DNA from: Macrostomum lignano
Taxonomy: Eukaryota
Length of the DNA: 64,000 bases
Reading direction: 5' to 3'
NCBI GenBank assembly: GCA_002269645.1
Contig: NIVC01000068.1
Coordinates: 558,001 to 622,000, forward strand
How positions within the stretch are numbered: the stretch's first letter is position 1; each line of letters opens with the position of its first letter. Made by a program: the position numbers and the translations under genes. Below are positions 60,901-64,000 of the stretch, in pieces. The notes under the pieces were generated by a model, which saw only the letters and a list, made by a program, of their open reading frames with translations, was not told the origin of the DNA and searched no databases.

Positions 60901-63215
60901 CTCCTCTCCTCTCCTCTCCTCTCCTCTCCTCTCCCTTCCTCTCCTCTCCTCTCCTCTTCTCTTCTCTTCTCTTCTCTTCTCTTCTCTTCTCTTCTCTTCT
61001 CTTCTCTTCTCTCCTCTACTCTCCTCTCCTCTCCTCTCCTCTCCTCTCCTCTCCTCTCCTCTCCTCTCCTCTCCTCTCCTCTCCTCTCCTCTCCTCTCCT
61101 CTCCTCTCTCTTCTCTTCTCTCTCCTCTTCTCTTCTCTTCTCTTCTTCTCTTCTCTTCTCTTCTCTTCTCTTCTCTCTCTCTCTCTCTCTCCTCTCCTCT
61201 CCTCTCCTCTCCTCTCCTCTTCTCTTCTCTTCTCTTCTCTTCTCTTCTCTTTCTCTTCTCTTCTCTTCTCTTCTCTTCTCTTCTCTTCTCTCTCTCTCTT
61301 CTCTTCTCTTCTCTTCTCTTCTCTTCTCTTCTCTTCTCTTCTCTCCTCTCCTCTCCTCTCCTCCCTTCTCCTCTCTATTCTCCTTTCTTATCCTCTTGAT
61401 ACTTTCTACCGCTTTGAAGATTTACTCCGGTTATATTTTATTTTGTTGCTATCTGACAATACAGTTGTAGTCTTATATGAACTCGAATATGATTTTATAA
61501 CGAATTACGAATTACTCGTAAAACCTTTCAAGGTTATTGTGGTTCCACCTGGAGCATATCCCTGGACAAAAGAGGCCGTTCCTGTGTACCCTGGACAGCA
61601 CGTTGAACTAAAGCTAAGATTCGATAAGAGCACTCGCTACTCGAAATCGCCTTATCAGCCATGCACTCAAACAAGAAGCAGTGTGACATATCGACTGGAG
61701 TCTTGGAGTAACAACTACTCAGTGTATGTGTTCAAGTAGGCTCAATCCTTTGTTTAGTTGTGCTGCAACATGGGTTCTAGAATTGGTATATAAAGAAATT
61801 TTAATGGTCCCTGTTATTTACTCGTATGCAAGAGAGGTAGATGGACACGACATAGATACACGTCGTCACTGACACTGAATGTGACTTCTTCGAGCCCGTA
61901 TCAAATCCGAAACTGCTGCAAAACGCAGGGATTGTTTTAACCCTTCTATGGGTTTTTAGATGCTTAAGTAGTCCCTGGTGTAAGGTAATTCTATACTATA
62001 GTATCCCTCATTTCTGTCCTGTTGTCGGGAGAGTACGGGAATGGCTGATGGACTGCGTGGGCCGGATAGAAGCCACACGAAGTTAAGGAATATTAAGCTA
62101 GTGTTCGGGCCTGAGGACGGGGCTCTATTTGGAGGAGGGACACATTAGACCGCCAGCCAATCGCAGGGCGAACGAGGGGCGCACTGGGACCGCAGCCAGC
62201 CAAAACCGGCTGGCCCATACAGACAGTGGGGTGGGTGCAGTTGGGGGTCTGACGCAGACAGAATGGGGGGGGGGTTGACGCAAGCACGCGGGCCGGAGGG
62301 GTAGGAGTGCAGTGCCGGGCACACTTGACCGAGAGTCAGAGATTGCTTATCGGTGCAAATGTACCCGAACACAACACAATATAAACAGAATGGTTATCTT
62401 CAAGAAACGAAAAAACAAAAATAATTTCAGACTTTATCCTGAACTGCCAGTCACCTTCGGCGAAATTAACTGGAGAAAAAAGATTACCATACTCGGTGAT
62501 TTATTAAAAAGGATTAGCGACGCGAAGTAAGTGTGTAGCTTAACTTTTAGATTAAAAAGTCTATATTAAAGCAAATAATAACTCTTGAAAAAAAATTGCA
62601 GGGGCCCAATGCAAAGCACCCTTCACTTTCCAATGGCAAGCCGCAGTGACTGCATAAACGACTTTATAGTGAAGAAATTCATCGAGCACTGCGGATGCCT
62701 TCCTTCCGGTCTACCTGTGCAATTGAAACACTTTGACAATCACACGTACTGTTTCAATTTGACTCACTCGCAGCAGCTGTTGGCAATCGAGTCCTGCTAC
62801 CAAGCCCAAGTGGCAAGCATGCCGCAGTACGAGACAGAGGCGCATCGATCCTGCTTGCCCCAGTGCGAGACCCAGCGTTATTCAATTCGGCAATCCTCGC
62901 ATCCGTGGCCTAATTTGCGCCGGGAGACTGCCGTAAAGTTTCTCAAGGTTCTGGCGGAGTTGCACGGCTACCCGGATGAGATGCGATCCACATGGGGCGA
63001 GTCGGCGCTCTACTTCATGTACGAACGGGCCGCTCAGTTGGTTGACCAGAAAAGCTCAGAAAAGTCGGCAGAAGATTGGATTAATTTCTCTCGCCAACTG
63101 GAAGCTTTGCAAGACCAACTGGCCATGGTTAGCGTGCAGGGCAGGCAACCGTTTGGTGAAGAAACTTTCGAGGAAGAGGCCTATCCAACCAAGAACTTGC
63201 TGGCGGATGTTGGAG
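48903..63215 (+). CDS. DEG/ENaC (amiloride-sensitive sodium channel family) subunit, 3'-partial; core exons 48903-49416, 60109-60534, 61465-61723, 62641-63215; probably also the six kringle/WSC exons at 51975-57361
   Basis: YTTAHG gating motif, TM1, FPDVYICP, SKCVFGDRAC...LGLCHKFN, YPW...PGQH...PYQPC, CINDFIVKKFIEHCGC, CLPQC, pre-TM2 LLADVGG followed by a phase-1 donor; TM2 exon not found in window. Confidence 0.88.
50462..51163 (-). mobile_element. Internally deleted IS630/Tc1/mariner-type DNA transposon
   Basis: About 150-bp TIRs starting GTATAGCATTTTTCA, TA TSD on both sides, internal HTH remnant (ISNEKFDLIVAAIERGDSAEHISRWLDVKRKTVYSIRRRY). Confidence 0.82.
51975..52334 (+). CDS. Exon encoding the N-terminal part of kringle 1 (Cys1-3)
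   Basis: CRFTATGEEYSG...RCLAWS...RCRKP; acceptor TTGCACAG, donor GTAAGT, phase 1-1. Confidence 0.8.
52668..52935 (-). mobile_element. tRNA-derived SINE family 1
   Basis: Match to other copies. Confidence 0.85.
53117..53452 (+). CDS. Exon encoding a WSC domain
   Basis: YIGCF...LSPELCQKCC...MAL...ICLC...KCSTFCGG...YCGG...SVYRI; 8 canonical Cys; phase 1-1, donor GTGAGT. Confidence 0.87.
53568..53838 (-). mobile_element. tRNA-derived SINE family 1
   Basis: Match to other copies. Confidence 0.85.
54080..54202 (+). CDS. Exon encoding the C-terminal part of kringle 1 (Cys4-6)
   Basis: DGPFCFY...SCNIPYC; acceptor TTTCTTCAG, donor GTGAGT, phase 1-1. Confidence 0.8.
54290..54545 (+). mobile_element. 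Second dispersed element family (tRNA-like head), copy 1
   Basis: Shares GGCTAAATTGGAA..TCGGCTTGGCTCTGCTC and GTGTACATGCCTAACGATAAATAAAGTTAG with 55020-55570. Confidence 0.7.
54587..57361 (+). CDS. Kringle 2 over three exons: 54587-54829, 57053-57188, 57270-57361
   Basis: YDC...YTGAANRTMTARRCLTW / HSFCRS / RPGCFT...EECEIDNC; six Cys; phases 1-1, 1-2, 2-1; donors GTGAGT, GTGAGT, GTAAGA. Confidence 0.78.
55020..55570 (+). mobile_element. Second dispersed element family, copy 2, interrupted by a minus-strand SINE family 1 copy (about 55192-55430)
   Basis: Head GCCGTAGCCTGGCGGTCTAG...GGGCTTGACCCC; 3' half resumes after the SINE. Confidence 0.72.
55842..56530 (-). mobile_element. Degenerate 3' end of a non-LTR retrotransposon with (CAA)n tail
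   Basis: GNGCFARH (shifted frame), CPFCLSGVENAEHFIWEC zinc knuckle, tail at 55842-55852. Confidence 0.7.
57619..59832 (-). mobile_element. LTR-like element (probable solo LTR), termini TGATGTAACC...GGTTACATCA
   Basis: 10-bp inverted TG..CA ends; ATTT at 57615-57618 and 59833-59836 as 4-bp TSD; no pol seen. Confidence 0.55.
58890..58985 (-). promoter_or_regulatory. Pol II promoter-like cluster within the LTR-like element
   Basis: Minus strand order: TGACTCA, TGACGTCA, CCAAT, TGAGTCA, then TATTTAAG. Confidence 0.45.
60760..61375. repeat. (CTCCT/CTCTT)n polypyrimidine pentamer tract in a channel intron
   Basis: Directly visible; source of the SSPLL ORF. Confidence 0.96.
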
Positions 63216-64000
63216 GTTTGCAGTTTCTTCCTTCTGATTTGTTTATGCATGCAATTGACGCCGTTTAATTCACATTCCATGGTTAGAATGTCCGAGGACT
63301 TTTTAACGATGAACTTCTATGATGGGTAAAAATGAATCGGTGGTGTGGGGATAGAGCCCCCACTGAGGGTGTTGAGGCGAAGCCCCCACATCCCCCACAT
63401 GTTAACTATAGACTATTAACAGTAGAAAGACCACTCTATTTTTCCCCATGGGGAAAGACCATGGGGTGTATTACAAATACACACAACCAATTTCACCATA
63501 GCTCGCAAACCGAATAACCGATTTTCGTAAAAGTCCTCTATTTGAATCAAAATTTCCCCCTCTTTCTAACGAATTAACTTTCAAAGTCATCCGACGTCAG
63601 CATCGTCGAGATATTCAACGATTCTTGTCGAAGACACTGGTGGCAAGGACAACCAACACTACACTGTATAAACCTTTATGGTGAATCCATATTGGCTCAA
63701 TAATCTGGGTCCATCTGTCGGAGAGGCCTTTCTTCTCAGCATCCCAGGAACTAGGGTCCCCTTCATCACCGTCTGGAGCATCGGCGGCGACCGTCAGGAC
63801 CTTCAACAAAAGCACCCGATCGGCATCGCAGAGACGGCTGCGTTCCCAAAACTGAAATGGAAGAATCCTCTTCTGCATGCAGCATTCAGTCAGTAGACAT
63901 AATCGGTGAATGAAATGGACGACGGCGACCCTCTAGGTTGACCTGTAGACATACAAGCGACCTTCGGGACCTTCAACGGAGTGCCACCACGCGGCCCCAA

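Noticed and set aside
63590-63700. VSIVEIF as the channel TM2 exon
   Set aside because: Lacks the GLxxGxS filter context and overlaps the unidentified repeat family on the other strand

Overview
Eukaryotic, intron-rich animal genomic DNA. The gene set, GC-rich exons, minisatellite-filled introns and tRNA-derived SINEs suggest a flatworm such as Macrostomum; this is inference, not a database result. The left half (2.5-26 kb) holds four minus-strand genes in tandem, spaced about 2.2-2.3 kb apart: a flavin monooxygenase, an APP-like protein, PPP1R21 and FAHD1. FAHD1 has no genomic start codon before its conserved N-terminus, which fits spliced-leader trans-splicing. The 27-35 kb region is AT-rich, with MITEs, foldback elements and satellites. 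Two intronless C-type-lectin paralogues (37.5 and 42.6 kb) are near-identical except in the ligand-binding loop. The main find is on the plus strand from 48.9 kb. A DEG/ENaC channel gene there has an apparent 10.7-kb first intron containing six further exons. These encode kringle-WSC-kringle, with the WSC domain inserted inside kringle 1. Their splice phases chain in frame with the channel exons on both sides, predicting a channel with a 430-aa Kremen-like insert in its extracellular finger region. All gene models were built by hand from GT-AG sites and reading frame, and the family calls rest on recalled motifs; none is confirmed by RNA data or searches.
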